DNA from: Minisyncoccota bacterium
Lineage (GTDB): Bacteria; Patescibacteriota; Minisyncoccia; Phycocordibacterales; UBA1006
Direction: 5' to 3'
DNA length: 64,000 nucleotides
NCBI GenBank assembly: GCA_028697455.1
Contig: JAQVEZ010000003.1
Coordinates: forward strand, 42,972-106,971
The translations under genes were made by a program, and so were the position numbers. The notes under the pieces are model-generated. The model was not told the DNA's origin. It worked only from the letters and a program-made list of their open reading frames with translations, and searched no databases. Positions 21,032 to 32,161 of the stretch are shown one piece after another (within the stretch, counting starts at the first letter, position 1; every line of letters starts with the position of its first letter).

Positions 21032-21499
21032 CTATTTTTCAGGATTATTTTCTTTTTCTTCTTTGCTTAAAAAAAGTCGTTTTTCAATTCTAAAAAGAAA
21101 AGAATAAGCAAAAATAACCAAGATAGTAGTAAAGACAGCAATCCAATACAGACCAAAACCGGTCGCAGCTCCTATCCCCGCAGCAAGCCAAATCCCTGCT
21201 GCCGTATTAAGATTTTCAATATGATTATTTTTAAAAATAATCATTCCTGCTCCCAAAAACCCAATACCCGTAACAATCTGTGCGGTAACTCGTAATGGAT
21301 CAAAGTTAAAACCTACTGACCCCGCATACTGAGCAGCCACCACCTGAGAAACAATGACAAACAAAGCAGCTCCCAGAGAAACAAAACCAAAAACTCTAAT
21401 TCCTGTACTTTTTCCAGAATAGATTCTCTCAACACCAATAGATGCTCCCAAGATGAAAGCAATAAAAAGACTTAAAAAAAGATGTGCGTTACTTAACAT
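21032..21499 (-). CDS. MgtC/SapB family membrane protein
   Basis: IGVER, GIRVF, DPLRVTAQIVTGIGFLGAG, NTAAGIW. Confidence 0.9.
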   Translation of the reverse strand: MLSNAHLFLSLFIAFILGASIGVERIYSGKSTGIRVFGFVSLGAALFVIVSQVVAAQYAGSVGFNFDPLRVTAQIVTGIGFLGAGMIIFKNNHIENLNTAAGIWLAAGIGAATGFGLYWIAVFTTILVIFAYSFLFRIEKRLFLSKEEKENNPEK

Positions 21500-21547
21500 A
21501 ATACTTTCTATTATACGGCCTTAACAAGGGAATGCCAACAAGATCAA

Positions 21548-22627
21548 CTATTGAACAATTCCCCCTCCGAGACATTCGTCTCCACGATAGATAACAACTG
21601 ACTGACCAAGGGCGACCACAATCTCTTCTTCAAACTCTATCTCCATTTTTTTATCGTTATCGCTATACGAAAGAATTTTAAAAGGAATTGTTTTCGAACG
21701 ATAGCGAATTTGCCCTTCGTAATGAGATCCTGCAGAAAAAAGCGTCTGATTATCAACGACTTCTCCAAGCTGAAAAATCTTTCTTGAAAAACCCAAGGCA
21801 AGAGGATTATGAGAAACATGTAAGGTATTTTTTTTGAGGTCTTTTCCAACAACGTAGTAAGGGCTCTCATTTGTTTTTTTATGTTCAGGAGAAATATCAA
21901 AACCATGTCGCTCTCCCAGTGTATAGAATAAAACTCCTCGATGAGTTCCAATAACCTCTTCCTCATCATTGAGAACATCCCCATTTTTTTGAGGAATATA
22001 GTGAGAAAGAAATTCTTTCATATCAATCTCTCCCATAAAACAAATTCCTTGGGAATCTTTTTTTTCTGCTGTTGGTAAATCAAGCGATGCAGCAAGAGAT
22101 CGAATATTTTCTTTTTTATAATTTCCAATAGGGAAAAGACAATACTGGAGCTCCTCTTGTCCAAGCGTCCATAAAAAATATGATTGATCTTTGTTGTCGT
22201 CAATTCCTCGAAGAAGTTTTGTTTGTCCATTTTTTTGTTCTGCGCGAACATAATGTCCTGTTGCGATAAAATCTGCCCCACGAGAACGAGCCCAAGAAAG
22301 AAATGCTCCAAATTTAATTTCTTTATTACACATAACATCTGGATTTGGCGTTCGCCCTTCTCGATACTCTTGAATCATATAGTCAACAACACCCTCTTTG
22401 TATTCTCTTTCAAGGTCAAGATCAAGGAAGGGAACCTTAAGATGTGCACAGACCCTCATGGCATCTTTTCTTTCTTCTCTCCAGGTACATTCAATCCAGT
22501 CAGGCTGCCATGTACGAATAAAAACACCAACGACATCATATCCTTGGTTTAAAAGAAGAGAGAGTGCAACTGATGAATCTACCCCACCAGACACCCCAAC
22601 AAAAACGGTTTTTTGAGAATGAAACAT
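21548..22627 (-). CDS. mnmA: tRNA 2-thiouridylase MnmA
   Basis: SGGVDSSV, TPNPDVMCN, ATGHY, KDQSYF, DSQGICF. Confidence 0.97.
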   Translation of the reverse strand: MFHSQKTVFVGVSGGVDSSVALSLLLNQGYDVVGVFIRTWQPDWIECTWREERKDAMRVCAHLKVPFLDLDLEREYKEGVVDYMIQEYREGRTPNPDVMCNKEIKFGAFLSWARSRGADFIATGHYVRAEQKNGQTKLLRGIDDNKDQSYFLWTLGQEELQYCLFPIGNYKKENIRSLAASLDLPTAEKKDSQGICFMGEIDMKEFLSHYIPQKNGDVLNDEEEVIGTHRGVLFYTLGERHGFDISPEHKKTNESPYYVVGKDLKKNTLHVSHNPLALGFSRKIFQLGEVVDNQTLFSAGSHYEGQIRYRSKTIPFKILSYSDNDKKMEIEFEEEIVVALGQSVVIYRGDECLGGGIVQ

Positions 22628-22639
22628 GTGTATACCTTA

Positions 22640-23065
22640 TTACTTAAAGAGGAGTTTCTTTACTTCCTCTAAAATATTCCTTCTCGCGGGAAGAAGGATG
22701 TTCTGTGCTTCTTGGTGGGTGACCCATCGGTAAGAATTTATTTCACTCCGCTGTAAAATAAGCTCAAAAGGATCTCTTACGATACCAACAAAATAGATAA
22801 CCTTCTTCAAGACTGAGGGACGAAATCGTCTATGAATAAAGTACTCTTCAGAGAAAGTTTCTTCAAAAAAATAATTACAGTCCAATTGAGTTTCTTCGTA
22901 AAGCTCTCTTTTTGCTGTTTCAAGAAGGGTTTCTTCTCCTTCCTGATGTCCTTTTGGAAAACCCCAATATCCTCCTTTTCCTCGAACAATGAGATATTGG
23001 AACTCTCCTTCAGGATTTTTATATAACGGTATCACCCCACACGATAATGATACTTTTTTTGACAT
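22640..23065 (-). CDS. NUDIX hydrolase (Ap4A hydrolase-like)
   Basis: WGFPKGHQEGEETLLETAKRELYEET Nudix box. Confidence 0.9.
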   Translation of the reverse strand: MSKKVSLSCGVIPLYKNPEGEFQYLIVRGKGGYWGFPKGHQEGEETLLETAKRELYEETQLDCNYFFEETFSEEYFIHRRFRPSVLKKVIYFVGIVRDPFELILQRSEINSYRWVTHQEAQNILLPARRNILEEVKKLLFK

Positions 23066-23090
23066 GTAATTATCTTATCACAAAAAGAGA

Positions 23091-23630
23091 CTATTGTTCA
23101 GTCATTTTCCTGTATAAAGAATAGGTTGCTCGCGCATCAGAAAGCGCTGTATGTGCATTGTTGTTTTCAATTCCATAATGCTCGCATAAAAATCCAAGAT
23201 TAAATTTTGTTATCTCTTTGTCGTTAAAAAATTTTGCAAAAGCAAAAGAAATAGTATCGAGTTTTGCATAAAACATTTTGTTTTCAACGCCTGTTGTATA
23301 AAAAGCTCGTGAAAGAAAAGACCAATCAAAAGAAACATTATGAGCCACCATAATACAGTCTTTAGTTTTCTCAGCAAAAACATTCATTGCTTGTTCAAGG
23401 GACATGGCAAAAAGCCATCCTGCTTCACTGTAGCCATTAATAGAGAGGGCTTCTGCTTCAGCCTCGTCTATTCTCTCTGGTTTAATTTTGAGCTCAATTT
23501 CCTCAAGAACATCTCCAACAATACCGTCTTGTTGTTTTGCAATGACAATTCCTATCTCAATGATTTCGTGTTTTTCGGGAGAAAGCCCTGTTGTTTCAAT
23601 ATCAATAAATGCTAAGTTTTTATTCTTCAT
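23091..23630 (-). CDS. DEDDh 3'-5' exonuclease (DnaQ-like)
   Basis: FIDIETTG, VAHNVSFD, HTALSDA. Confidence 0.9.
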   Translation of the reverse strand: MKNKNLAFIDIETTGLSPEKHEIIEIGIVIAKQQDGIVGDVLEEIELKIKPERIDEAEAEALSINGYSEAGWLFAMSLEQAMNVFAEKTKDCIMVAHNVSFDWSFLSRAFYTTGVENKMFYAKLDTISFAFAKFFNDKEITKFNLGFLCEHYGIENNNAHTALSDARATYSLYRKMTEQ

Positions 23631-23640
23631 GGTAATAAAA

Positions 23641-24627
23641 TTATTTTAAATAACGTTGCTTATTCTTCACATGTCCTTCGTGATCAACGGCATAATAAAC
23701 CTTAGCATTTTTATCATGAAGGTAAAAAAAGTAAGGGGATTCTTTGGGGAAAAGGGCTGCTTCTATGGAAGAAACTCCTGGGTTGGCAATAGGACCAGGC
23801 GGCAAGCCAAGTCGTGTATAGGTATTATAAGGGCCATCTTCTCGAAGATCAGAAACCCGAAGATCTGCACTCGCCTTCCCTTTAATATAAAGAAAGGGTG
23901 CATCAACCTGCAAATACATACCGCGATTAATTCGTTTCCAAAGGATTCCTGAAATAATTTTTTGTTCTTCACTATCAGAGCTTGCCTCTTTCTCAATAAG
24001 AGAAGCCATAATAATAATATCCCTTAAGGATTTTCCTGAGTTTTCAATTTCTTTTTGGTAAACAGAAACTACTTTTTTCTGGAAGGTGTCTTTAAGTGTT
24101 TTAACAATATCTTCTGTTGAAATATCAGGCAAAAAAGAATAAGTGTCAGGAAAAAGATATCCTTCATTATCTTTTGTTAATTCAAGAAACTTTTCTTTGT
24201 CAAAAAAAAGAAGTCCTTCTTTTGAATCCAAAATATCTGCCATCTGTTTTGTGTTAAGTCCTTCGGTAAGCGTTACGTTTACAAAAGCGTCTCCATAATC
24301 CCCGCGATGAACCCTCCTAAGTACTTCAAACATACTATGAAAACCTTCTTCAAAAAGATAGGGTCCCGCCTTCACGGAAATATTTTTAACTCTTCCAAAG
24401 ACTTGGAACAAAAATGGCGAACGTATGATTTGAGATTTTGATAAGGTTTCAGAGCTAGATACTAAAGAAAGTCCTGATGGGATTGAAACAATGGTGTCCT
24501 CTTTGACATAAACCGGGGAAAGAAGAAACACACTATAAAAGAACACTCCCCCAAACACAAAAAAACTCATAAGGATAGTGAGTTTTTTCGTTTGTATATT
24601 TTTTTTAATCAAAGAGTATAAATGCAT
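23641..24627 (-). CDS. mltG: Endolytic transglycosylase MltG
   Basis: EGYLFPDTY, ASLIEKEA, YNTYTRLGLPPGPIANPG. Confidence 0.93.
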   Translation of the reverse strand: MHLYSLIKKNIQTKKLTILMSFFVFGGVFFYSVFLLSPVYVKEDTIVSIPSGLSLVSSSETLSKSQIIRSPFLFQVFGRVKNISVKAGPYLFEEGFHSMFEVLRRVHRGDYGDAFVNVTLTEGLNTKQMADILDSKEGLLFFDKEKFLELTKDNEGYLFPDTYSFLPDISTEDIVKTLKDTFQKKVVSVYQKEIENSGKSLRDIIIMASLIEKEASSDSEEQKIISGILWKRINRGMYLQVDAPFLYIKGKASADLRVSDLREDGPYNTYTRLGLPPGPIANPGVSSIEAALFPKESPYFFYLHDKNAKVYYAVDHEGHVKNKQRYLK

Positions 24628-24629
24628 AA

Positions 24630-25865
24630 CTAAACAGGGAGATTTGCAGGAGCTTCAGATTTTGTTGCTTCGATTCTTTCAAGACTTACTGTTTCGGAAA
24701 CTCTTCCTGGAATTCTAAAGATTGTAGCAAGCTCTTCCGAGCTCAGAATAAAAGTTTTTTTCTTAGGACTCTGTTTAAACAAAAAGAATTTTTTTTCTCC
24801 CTCTCCAGAATCATAAAGTACATCATTATAGAAAAAAGCTCTATTGACATAATTATAAAAAAACTTTCTTTTTAAGGCTGGAAGTCGAGTACCCGAGATA
24901 TCTTGGTACTTATAATCAAAGGCAGTAACGAGCGTTGGTTTAAAACCATTCAAATGAGGGGAGTTATATTGACGCAAAGAAGCAGCAAGCCCTGCTATGT
25001 TAATAGGACGAAATGATTCTTTTTTTGCTAAATAAAGAGCTCGAAATCCTACTTCAAAAGCAGGCTTCTGAAAAGTTCTTTCAATTGCTTTTATTTTTTC
25101 TTGTTCACCAGAACTTAGCCGTAGAGTTGTTGCCGGCTTCTCTGGATTTGCATCTGCTCCGTCAGTAGATCTCCCAATCATTTTATAAATCTCTTCCTGC
25201 CCATCTTTCCGCCAAGTACTCCACTTGTCAGAGCGAAGGACAAGCTGTATCCAAACCTGCTCTCCTGTTCTCATTGAGCCGAGATACTCAAGCATCGCAG
25301 TAATAGGATCAACTTTTTCATACTCTTCAAGAGATCCTACGGCCCTATCAAGACCATAGTCAACATAGGTTTTGATAGGAAGAAAATCTGGACCAACAAG
25401 GCCAAACTCATATCCAAAAAGCTCCCATTCTTTTTGCTTTTTACCATAGTCTCCAATATAGCGAGCGTAGTCATCTACTTCATTAACCTCAGCCTGAGGG
25501 TATTGTGAGTAAATTTGATTTTTAAGAAGCTCTTTAAAACGCTCTTGGGTACGAATAAAAAAATAAATAGACCCTTCGATAGAAACAATCTCAAGGGAAG
25601 AGACATGGGGAACCGCCCCGCGAACATTTTTGACCCACCAGGTACCAACTCCCCCTGTGTCATTAAGTATGTTAAAAACAATCTCCATGGCTTCAGGAGA
25701 TTTAAAAACATCCTTTGGAATGTTTATTTCAAGAAGAGCCCACTTCTGATTGAGCTGGTAGATCCCCTGTCTCCATTCGATCCACATATCCCAAAAGATA
25801 AAATAAAGAACAACAGGAAGCCAAAGAAACGCTGATTGTAATATAATTGAGCCCAAAAAACTCAT
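24630..25865 (-). CDS. Membrane-anchored protein homologous to the N-terminal domain of the VirD4-like ATPase at 1165-3927
   Basis: Shared motifs LEI.IP, SLEI, EVDDY, PIKTY...DPI, ELATIF..P; no Walker motifs. Confidence 0.7.
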   Translation of the reverse strand: MSFLGSIILQSAFLWLPVVLYFIFWDMWIEWRQGIYQLNQKWALLEINIPKDVFKSPEAMEIVFNILNDTGGVGTWWVKNVRGAVPHVSSLEIVSIEGSIYFFIRTQERFKELLKNQIYSQYPQAEVNEVDDYARYIGDYGKKQKEWELFGYEFGLVGPDFLPIKTYVDYGLDRAVGSLEEYEKVDPITAMLEYLGSMRTGEQVWIQLVLRSDKWSTWRKDGQEEIYKMIGRSTDGADANPEKPATTLRLSSGEQEKIKAIERTFQKPAFEVGFRALYLAKKESFRPINIAGLAASLRQYNSPHLNGFKPTLVTAFDYKYQDISGTRLPALKRKFFYNYVNRAFFYNDVLYDSGEGEKKFFLFKQSPKKKTFILSSEELATIFRIPGRVSETVSLERIEATKSEAPANLPV

Positions 25866-25930
25866 ATCTTTATAATATCACAAACAAAAATGAGCAAAAG
25901 AAAAAGCTCACCAAAGGTGAGCTCGTATCT

Positions 25931-26998
25931 TTATTTTTTCTTTGTTGACGTCGGAGCTTTTGCAAGAGTATATTTACCGTCTTTTGTTCTCTTAAAGTAT
26001 TCACGATTAGAGAGATTAACCAAAATAGTATTTTCCTTGAGATACCGTTCTTTGAGAACCGCTTCAATAATTTCTTGTTTTGTGAGTGCTCCTTTCTCCT
26101 TAAGAATATCTTGAATGACTTCTCGAACAACACCTGGACGATACCCCCATTCGGTAAGTCCATAAATTCCTCTCCCAACCAAAACAAAACGTTCGTCCTT
26201 AATAAGTTCGTTGTGGGTTGTTGCGTGGTGGGCCTTCTTTTTAAAAGTACTGGTAATCGCATCAGCAACTTCTCGGAAGTGCATTGGAGATCCATTTTTC
26301 TTCATAATAAGGTAGGCGTAATCACGAATTCCTCGTACTGAAATATTTTGAGAATCAGCAAGCCCCCAATCTCCCAAAGGATTTTTATCTATCTTCTTTG
26401 AAAGTTCAAGAAATCTCATTGCAACATCGTGATCAATAAACCCATCCTCAATCCCATCAAGCCTATCCAAAAACCTAAGAAGGATTTGTTCTTCTGAAAG
26501 AAGCTCTTCTTTATCTAAATTTTTGTAAAGCTTTTCTAGTGCCTCATGAACCTTATCAGCAATTTCTCCGTTAACTGACCATCTATTTTTAAATTTGCCA
26601 TCTTCTTTGAGATTTTTAAAATTATCTCCAATAACAAGATGGAAATGAACATGGTTCTGTGTTAAGTCATCATCAGAAACACAACGCAGGAGGTATTCTT
26701 CTGGGACAAGTGAACCAAGATCACAAATCATCCCTTCCATTTCGTCAAAAATTGTTCGTGCCTCATCATATGACGCTGACTTCCGAATCATTTTGAGAGC
26801 AGAATCTTGTATCTGACGAACACGTTCTCGAGTAATGTTGTATTCTTGCCCGATTGCCTCAAGAGTTTTTTTCTTTGGCTTTACAAGACCAAAACGACTC
26901 TCCAAAACATAGCGGTCACGGTCCTTTAGGTCTTTCAAGAGTTTATTGGTTGATGCTATTGGGTCAAAATGTAATTTGATTTTTTTTGTATCTTTCAT
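25931..26998 (-). CDS. Sigma-70 region-4 HTH fused to RNAP delta-like (HARE-HTH) domains
   Basis: RFGL...TLEAIGQEYNITRERVRQI; PMHFREVA...HNELIKDERFVLVGRGIYGL. Confidence 0.75.
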   Translation of the reverse strand: MKDTKKIKLHFDPIASTNKLLKDLKDRDRYVLESRFGLVKPKKKTLEAIGQEYNITRERVRQIQDSALKMIRKSASYDEARTIFDEMEGMICDLGSLVPEEYLLRCVSDDDLTQNHVHFHLVIGDNFKNLKEDGKFKNRWSVNGEIADKVHEALEKLYKNLDKEELLSEEQILLRFLDRLDGIEDGFIDHDVAMRFLELSKKIDKNPLGDWGLADSQNISVRGIRDYAYLIMKKNGSPMHFREVADAITSTFKKKAHHATTHNELIKDERFVLVGRGIYGLTEWGYRPGVVREVIQDILKEKGALTKQEIIEAVLKERYLKENTILVNLSNREYFKRTKDGKYTLAKAPTSTKKK

Positions 26999-27073
26999 AG
27001 CTTAATATTAAAAATAATTATAAAACAAATATAACATAAAGAGAAATATATAGCAACATTAAAATCTGCTTGT

Positions 27074-29725
27074 CTAGACTAAATATTTTTTGAGGTATTT
27101 CCCAGTAAGTGAATCTTTATAAGACCTTACTTCTTCTGGTGTTCCTGTAGCAACAATACGCCCTCCCTCATCGCCAGACCGAGGGCCAAAGTCGATAATC
27201 TGATCAGCTGATTTAATAAAGTCCATATTATGCTCAATAACAACAACAGTATTCCCTTTATAAACAAGCTTCTGAATAATTTCTATAAGTCTTTTGACGT
27301 CATCAAAATGTAATCCAACCGTTGGCTCATCGAGAAGATATAATGTTTTTTCAAGTTGTGGTCGATAAAGCTCAGATGAAATTTTTATACGCTGTGACTC
27401 TCCTCCCGAAAGGGTATTTGCTTGTTGTCCGAGAGTAAGGTACCCCAAACCAGTTTCTAATAATATTTTCAAACGATCATGGATAGCAGGAATATCGTGG
27501 AAAAAATCTTCAGCCTCCTCAATAGTCATATCCAAAACATCAGAAATATTTTTACCCTTATAATAAACCTCAAGGGTTTCTTTGTCGTAACGTTTGCCAA
27601 GACAAACATCGCAAGTAACATAAACCGTTGGAAGGAACCCCATTTCAACAGCAATCGTTCCTCTCCCTTGGCAGGCCTCACAACGACCTCCTTTTGTATT
27701 AAAAGAAAATCTTCCAGGCCCCCAACCACGAATTTGTGCATCAATTGTTTCTGCAAAAAGTTCTCGAATATGAGTAAAGGCCCCGGTATAGGTTGCTGGG
27801 TTAGATCGTGGTGTTCTTCCAATAGGAGACTGGTCAAGAATAATTCCGCGAGAAATTTCCCCAAAACCATATGCAGTGTGGGCTCGAATGACCTCATTTG
27901 TTCTCTTTCTTCGTGAGAGACGCGCTTCCATATTTTTAGCCAACACTCCATGGACAAAAGAAGACTTCCCTGATCCTGAAACTCCCGTAATAACAACGAG
28001 TTTATTAAGGGGTATTTCTACATTAATGTTCTTAAGATTATTATAGACAACACCCTCAAGAGCAATAACTCCCTTGTCTTTTTTTCTTCTTGATTCAGGA
28101 AGAGGAATTGATTTTTCATGAGTGAGATATTGAAGTGTCAACGATTTCTTTATCTCTTTTGGAGATTGGAGAAGCTCTTGAAGAAAACCAGCAACAACAA
28201 CTTCCCCGCCATGATTTCCTGCGCCAGGACCTATCTCAACCAAATAATCTGAAGCAAAAATTGTCTCCTCATCATGCTCAACAACAATAATAGTATTCCC
28301 TCTGTCAGCAAGGTCTCTCAGGGTTCTAATCAACCGATTATTATCTGCTGCATGAAGTCCAATTGTTGGCTCATCGAGAACGTACATAGCGCCAACAAGC
28401 TGAGATCCTAATTGTGAGGCAAGGCGTATCCTCTGAGACTCTCCTCCAGAAAGGGTATGTGCTTTTCGATCGAGTGTTAAATAATCTAAACCAACGCTCA
28501 TCAAAAACTCAAGTCGATTCTCAATTTCTTTGAGGAGTGGTGCTGCAATAATTTTTTCGTTTTCTGTAAAATCAACCTCCGCCAAAAAAGCATAGGCATC
28601 TTGAATTTTCATGCTCACAAAATCATCGATATTCTTCCTTCCCTCTTCATCACCCACGACATTTCCCTCTTTGTCATATTTTCCAATAAAAACATGAAGA
28701 GCTTCTGGTCGTAACCGTGCCCCAAGACAAGCAGGACACACCTCCTCTCCAAAAAGATATTTTGTCCCAAGTCCATTACACGTCTCACACGCACCATAAG
28801 GAGAATTAAAAGAAAACAAACGTGGTTCAATTTCTGGAAAAACGTATCCATCTTCTGGGGAAATAAGTCGTGCTGACAAAAGCTTATCTTCAAGAACTTT
28901 TTCCTTTGGATCAGTGATTAACACACGTACCATTCCATCAGATTCAAAAAGCGCTTTTTCAATCGCCTCGTTCATCCGCAAACGAACATCTTCAGAATTA
29001 TTTTGAAATTCATGAATAAGAAAACTATCAACAAGAAAATCAATATCATGTTTTTTTGTTTTTGATAATTTTATTTGTTCTCGGAGACTTTTCATCTCCC
29101 CATCAACTCGCGCATAACTGTATCCTTTTCCGAGCATATCATAAAGGAGCTGATAATATTCTCCCTTCCTCCCTCGAATAACAGGAGTAAGAAGAGAAAC
29201 CTTTACCCCATCAACAGCAACTCCCATAAGTTTTCGGGAATTGTCTTTTTTATTTTCAAAAGTCTTCACCTCTTTAATAATAAAATCATAAATCTCTTGC
29301 CGAGTAAGTTTTCGAATACGCTTTCCAGAAAGAGGAGAAAAAGGTTGTCCAACACGAGCATAAAGAATCCTCAAATAATCATAAATTTCTGTTGTTGTGG
29401 CAACCGTTGAGCGAGGGTTGTTTGACCGTGTCTTTTGGTCAATTGAGATAGCGGGGGAAAGTCCTGTTATTTCATCAACTTCAGGTTTTTGCATTTGGTG
29501 AAGAAATTGTCGTGCATAGGAAGAAAGGGATTCAACATATCTTCTCTGCCCTTCTGCAAAAATAGTATCGAAGGCAAGCGAAGATTTACCAGAACCTGAA
29601 AGCCCTGTTATTACGGTCATTTTATTTCGTGGAATAGTGAGATTAATATTTTTGAGATTATTTGTCCGCGCTCCTTTGATAGTAATCCACTCTTGGTTAT
29701 ATTGGTTTTCTTTTTTTGTTGCCAT
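27074..29725 (-). CDS. uvrA: Excinuclease ABC subunit A
   Basis: [14 protein letters not shown], two LSGGE signatures, FSFN-Cys motifs. Confidence 0.97.
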   Translation of the reverse strand: MATKKENQYNQEWITIKGARTNNLKNINLTIPRNKMTVITGLSGSGKSSLAFDTIFAEGQRRYVESLSSYARQFLHQMQKPEVDEITGLSPAISIDQKTRSNNPRSTVATTTEIYDYLRILYARVGQPFSPLSGKRIRKLTRQEIYDFIIKEVKTFENKKDNSRKLMGVAVDGVKVSLLTPVIRGRKGEYYQLLYDMLGKGYSYARVDGEMKSLREQIKLSKTKKHDIDFLVDSFLIHEFQNNSEDVRLRMNEAIEKALFESDGMVRVLITDPKEKVLEDKLLSARLISPEDGYVFPEIEPRLFSFNSPYGACETCNGLGTKYLFGEEVCPACLGARLRPEALHVFIGKYDKEGNVVGDEEGRKNIDDFVSMKIQDAYAFLAEVDFTENEKIIAAPLLKEIENRLEFLMSVGLDYLTLDRKAHTLSGGESQRIRLASQLGSQLVGAMYVLDEPTIGLHAADNNRLIRTLRDLADRGNTIIVVEHDEETIFASDYLVEIGPGAGNHGGEVVVAGFLQELLQSPKEIKKSLTLQYLTHEKSIPLPESRRKKDKGVIALEGVVYNNLKNINVEIPLNKLVVITGVSGSGKSSFVHGVLAKNMEARLSRRKRTNEVIRAHTAYGFGEISRGIILDQSPIGRTPRSNPATYTGAFTHIRELFAETIDAQIRGWGPGRFSFNTKGGRCEACQGRGTIAVEMGFLPTVYVTCDVCLGKRYDKETLEVYYKGKNISDVLDMTIEEAEDFFHDIPAIHDRLKILLETGLGYLTLGQQANTLSGGESQRIKISSELYRPQLEKTLYLLDEPTVGLHFDDVKRLIEIIQKLVYKGNTVVVIEHNMDFIKSADQIIDFGPRSGDEGGRIVATGTPEEVRSYKDSLTGKYLKKYLV

Positions 29726-29790
29726 AATAATAAATAGTTATTAATTAATTACTCTATACTCTCTTTTCTCAAAAAACAAAAATAGTTTTT

Positions 29791-31815
29791 CTATTTTTGT
29801 TTTTCCTGTTCTTCTAATTGAAAAATTTGATCCCGTACAATAGCAGCTCTTTCAAAATCAAGATCTTTTACGGCTTCACTCATCTCTTTCTTCTTATGTT
29901 TCAAAAGTTTTTTAATATTTCCAGAAAAAGTACTTATATCAATCTTCAGCTCTGAAGAAACGGCTTTTGAATGTTCCGACTGTAATTGTTCCGTGATATC
30001 TTTAATATTTTTCTGAATTGTTTTGGGGGTGATATTGTGGTCTTTGTTATATTGCTCTTGCAAAATACGACGTCTCTTTGTTTCCTTCATCGCAGCATCA
30101 AGAGCGTCGGTAAGTTTATCAGCATACACAATAACTTTTCCGTTCTCATTTCTCGCAGCTCTTCCAATTGTCTGTACCAACGCTGTTTCAGAACGTAGAA
30201 ACCCAACCTTATCAGCATCAAGAATCCCAATAAGAGAAACTTCTGGCATATCGAGTCCTTCCCGAAGGAGGTTTACCCCAATAAGAATATCAAAAAGGCC
30301 TTTTCGAAAATCAGTGATGATTTTAATTCTCTCAATAGTTTTAATATCACTATGAAGATATTCGGCCTTGATATTCCTTTCCTTAAGGTAGAGTGTGAGG
30401 TCTTCAGCCATTTTTTTTGTAAGTGTTGTTGCAAGAACTCTTCCCCCTTTTTGTATTTCCTCCTCAGAGGACTGAATAAAATCTTGGATCTGCCCCGGAT
30501 AAGAAGACTCTTCAATGACTTCAACGGGTCGCAACTCAACAACAGGATCAAGAAGCCCTGTTGGTCGAATGATTTGCTCAACAACAGACTCGGAAACTTC
30601 CCGTTCGTAAGAAGAAGGTGTTGCTGAAACATAAATTTGCTGTCCAACCCTTTCTTCAAACTCTTCAAATCGTAAGGGTCGATTGTCCTTAGCACTTGGA
30701 AGTCGAAAGCCGTGTTCGATGAGATTTTCTTTTCGTGCTCGGTCTCCACGAAACATAGCACGAATCTGAGGAAGCGTAACATGCGACTCATCAATAATTG
30801 TCAGAAAATCTGGTTCACCATTTTCTTTTTTAGGAAAATAGGAAAGCAAGGTGTCAGGAGCCTCTCCTTCTTTTTTACCAGAAAGATGTCGAGAATAATT
30901 CTCGATTCCAGAGCAATACCCAACCTCTCGAATCATAGCCATATCATACTCAGTTCTCCTCTTGAGCCTATCGTACTCAAGATATTTATCTTGAGATTGA
31001 AAAAAAGCCAAGCGCTCATCAAGCTCCTCTTTGATTTGTTTAAGTGCCCTCTCTTTTTGATTTTCATTAGTAAGAAAATGTTTTGCTGGAAAGATAAGAG
31101 CTTCGAGAAGCTCCTCTTGATAAATCCCTGAAATAGCTTGAACACGGGTAATCTTTTCGATAGCTCCGCCAGAAAGATTTACGTGGTAGTAAAACTCATC
31201 AGAATCAACTGGCATAATATCAAGGGAATTACTTGTAGAACGAAAAGCTCCTGGTTTTAAATCTGCGGGAGTACGCTCAAAGTGTATATCAACAAGCTTC
31301 TTCATAATATCTATTTTTGACAAATGATCTCCCTGTTTTAGTAAAAAATTTCTTTCAAAATACTCTTCTGGAGACCCGAGTCCATAAATACAAGAAACCG
31401 AAGCGACAATAATAACATCAGACCGAGACAGGAGTGATTGAGTTGAGGCATGACGTAAACGGTCAATCTCCTCATTGATTTGAGCATCTTTTTCAATATA
31501 AGTATCACTCGCAGCAATATATGCTTCTGGTTGGTAGTAATCGTAATACGAAACAAAGTAATGAACAGCATTATGAGGAAAAAACTCCTTAAATTCTTGC
31601 GCAAGCTGAGCTGCAAGCGTTTTATTATGAGCAATCACCAATGTTGGCTTCCCAATTTCTTGAATAACATTTGCCATAGTAAAAGTCTTCCCTGAGCCCG
31701 TAACCCCAAGAAGTGTTTGTTTGTGTTCTCCTTTATAAAGCCCTCGAAGTAAAGAAGATATTGCCTCAGGTTGGTCTCCCGAAGGTTTATATGGTGACTC
31801 AAGTCGAAATGTCAT
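29791..31815 (-). CDS. uvrB: Excinuclease ABC subunit B
   Basis: GDQP, GVTGSGKT, YYDYYQPEAY, DESH; start at MTFRL. Confidence 0.97.
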   Translation of the reverse strand: MTFRLESPYKPSGDQPEAISSLLRGLYKGEHKQTLLGVTGSGKTFTMANVIQEIGKPTLVIAHNKTLAAQLAQEFKEFFPHNAVHYFVSYYDYYQPEAYIAASDTYIEKDAQINEEIDRLRHASTQSLLSRSDVIIVASVSCIYGLGSPEEYFERNFLLKQGDHLSKIDIMKKLVDIHFERTPADLKPGAFRSTSNSLDIMPVDSDEFYYHVNLSGGAIEKITRVQAISGIYQEELLEALIFPAKHFLTNENQKERALKQIKEELDERLAFFQSQDKYLEYDRLKRRTEYDMAMIREVGYCSGIENYSRHLSGKKEGEAPDTLLSYFPKKENGEPDFLTIIDESHVTLPQIRAMFRGDRARKENLIEHGFRLPSAKDNRPLRFEEFEERVGQQIYVSATPSSYEREVSESVVEQIIRPTGLLDPVVELRPVEVIEESSYPGQIQDFIQSSEEEIQKGGRVLATTLTKKMAEDLTLYLKERNIKAEYLHSDIKTIERIKIITDFRKGLFDILIGVNLLREGLDMPEVSLIGILDADKVGFLRSETALVQTIGRAARNENGKVIVYADKLTDALDAAMKETKRRRILQEQYNKDHNITPKTIQKNIKDITEQLQSEHSKAVSSELKIDISTFSGNIKKLLKHKKKEMSEAVKDLDFERAAIVRDQIFQLEEQEKQK

Positions 31816-31870
31816 ATTGTTACTATACTCGTTTCTTTTCAAATGAAAAATAACGATTACACTTATAATA

Positions 31871-32155
31871 ATGAGAGGCTCAAAAACAACGGCGCTTGCC
31901 CCTGTAAGGGTGGTGAATAATCTTTTAAAGAAATACAAAATAACCGAAACAAGTTTTGGTATTATTGTTCCGGTAAAAGAAAGAAGGAGTTCTCAAATTG
32001 CTATCAAATATCATTTTGCCTCAGGATGTCATCTCCTTACTTTTGTAAACAAGCGATACAAACAGGAATATCGTATTTATGACAAAATATCAAAAAAGGA
32101 TTTGCTCTCACTCTTAAAAGATAATCTAGGAGAACAATACATCATAAAAGAATAA
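31871..32155 (+). CDS. Small basic hypothetical protein
   Basis: 94-aa ORF filling the gap divergent from uvrB; no motif recognised. Confidence 0.4.
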   Translation: MRGSKTTALAPVRVVNNLLKKYKITETSFGIIVPVKERRSSQIAIKYHFASGCHLLTFVNKRYKQEYRIYDKISKKDLLSLLKDNLGEQYIIKE

Positions 32156-32161
32156 AAGCAA

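Noticed and set aside
31871-32155. Possible rnpA
   Set aside because: Small and basic but no RNR motif and no rpmH context
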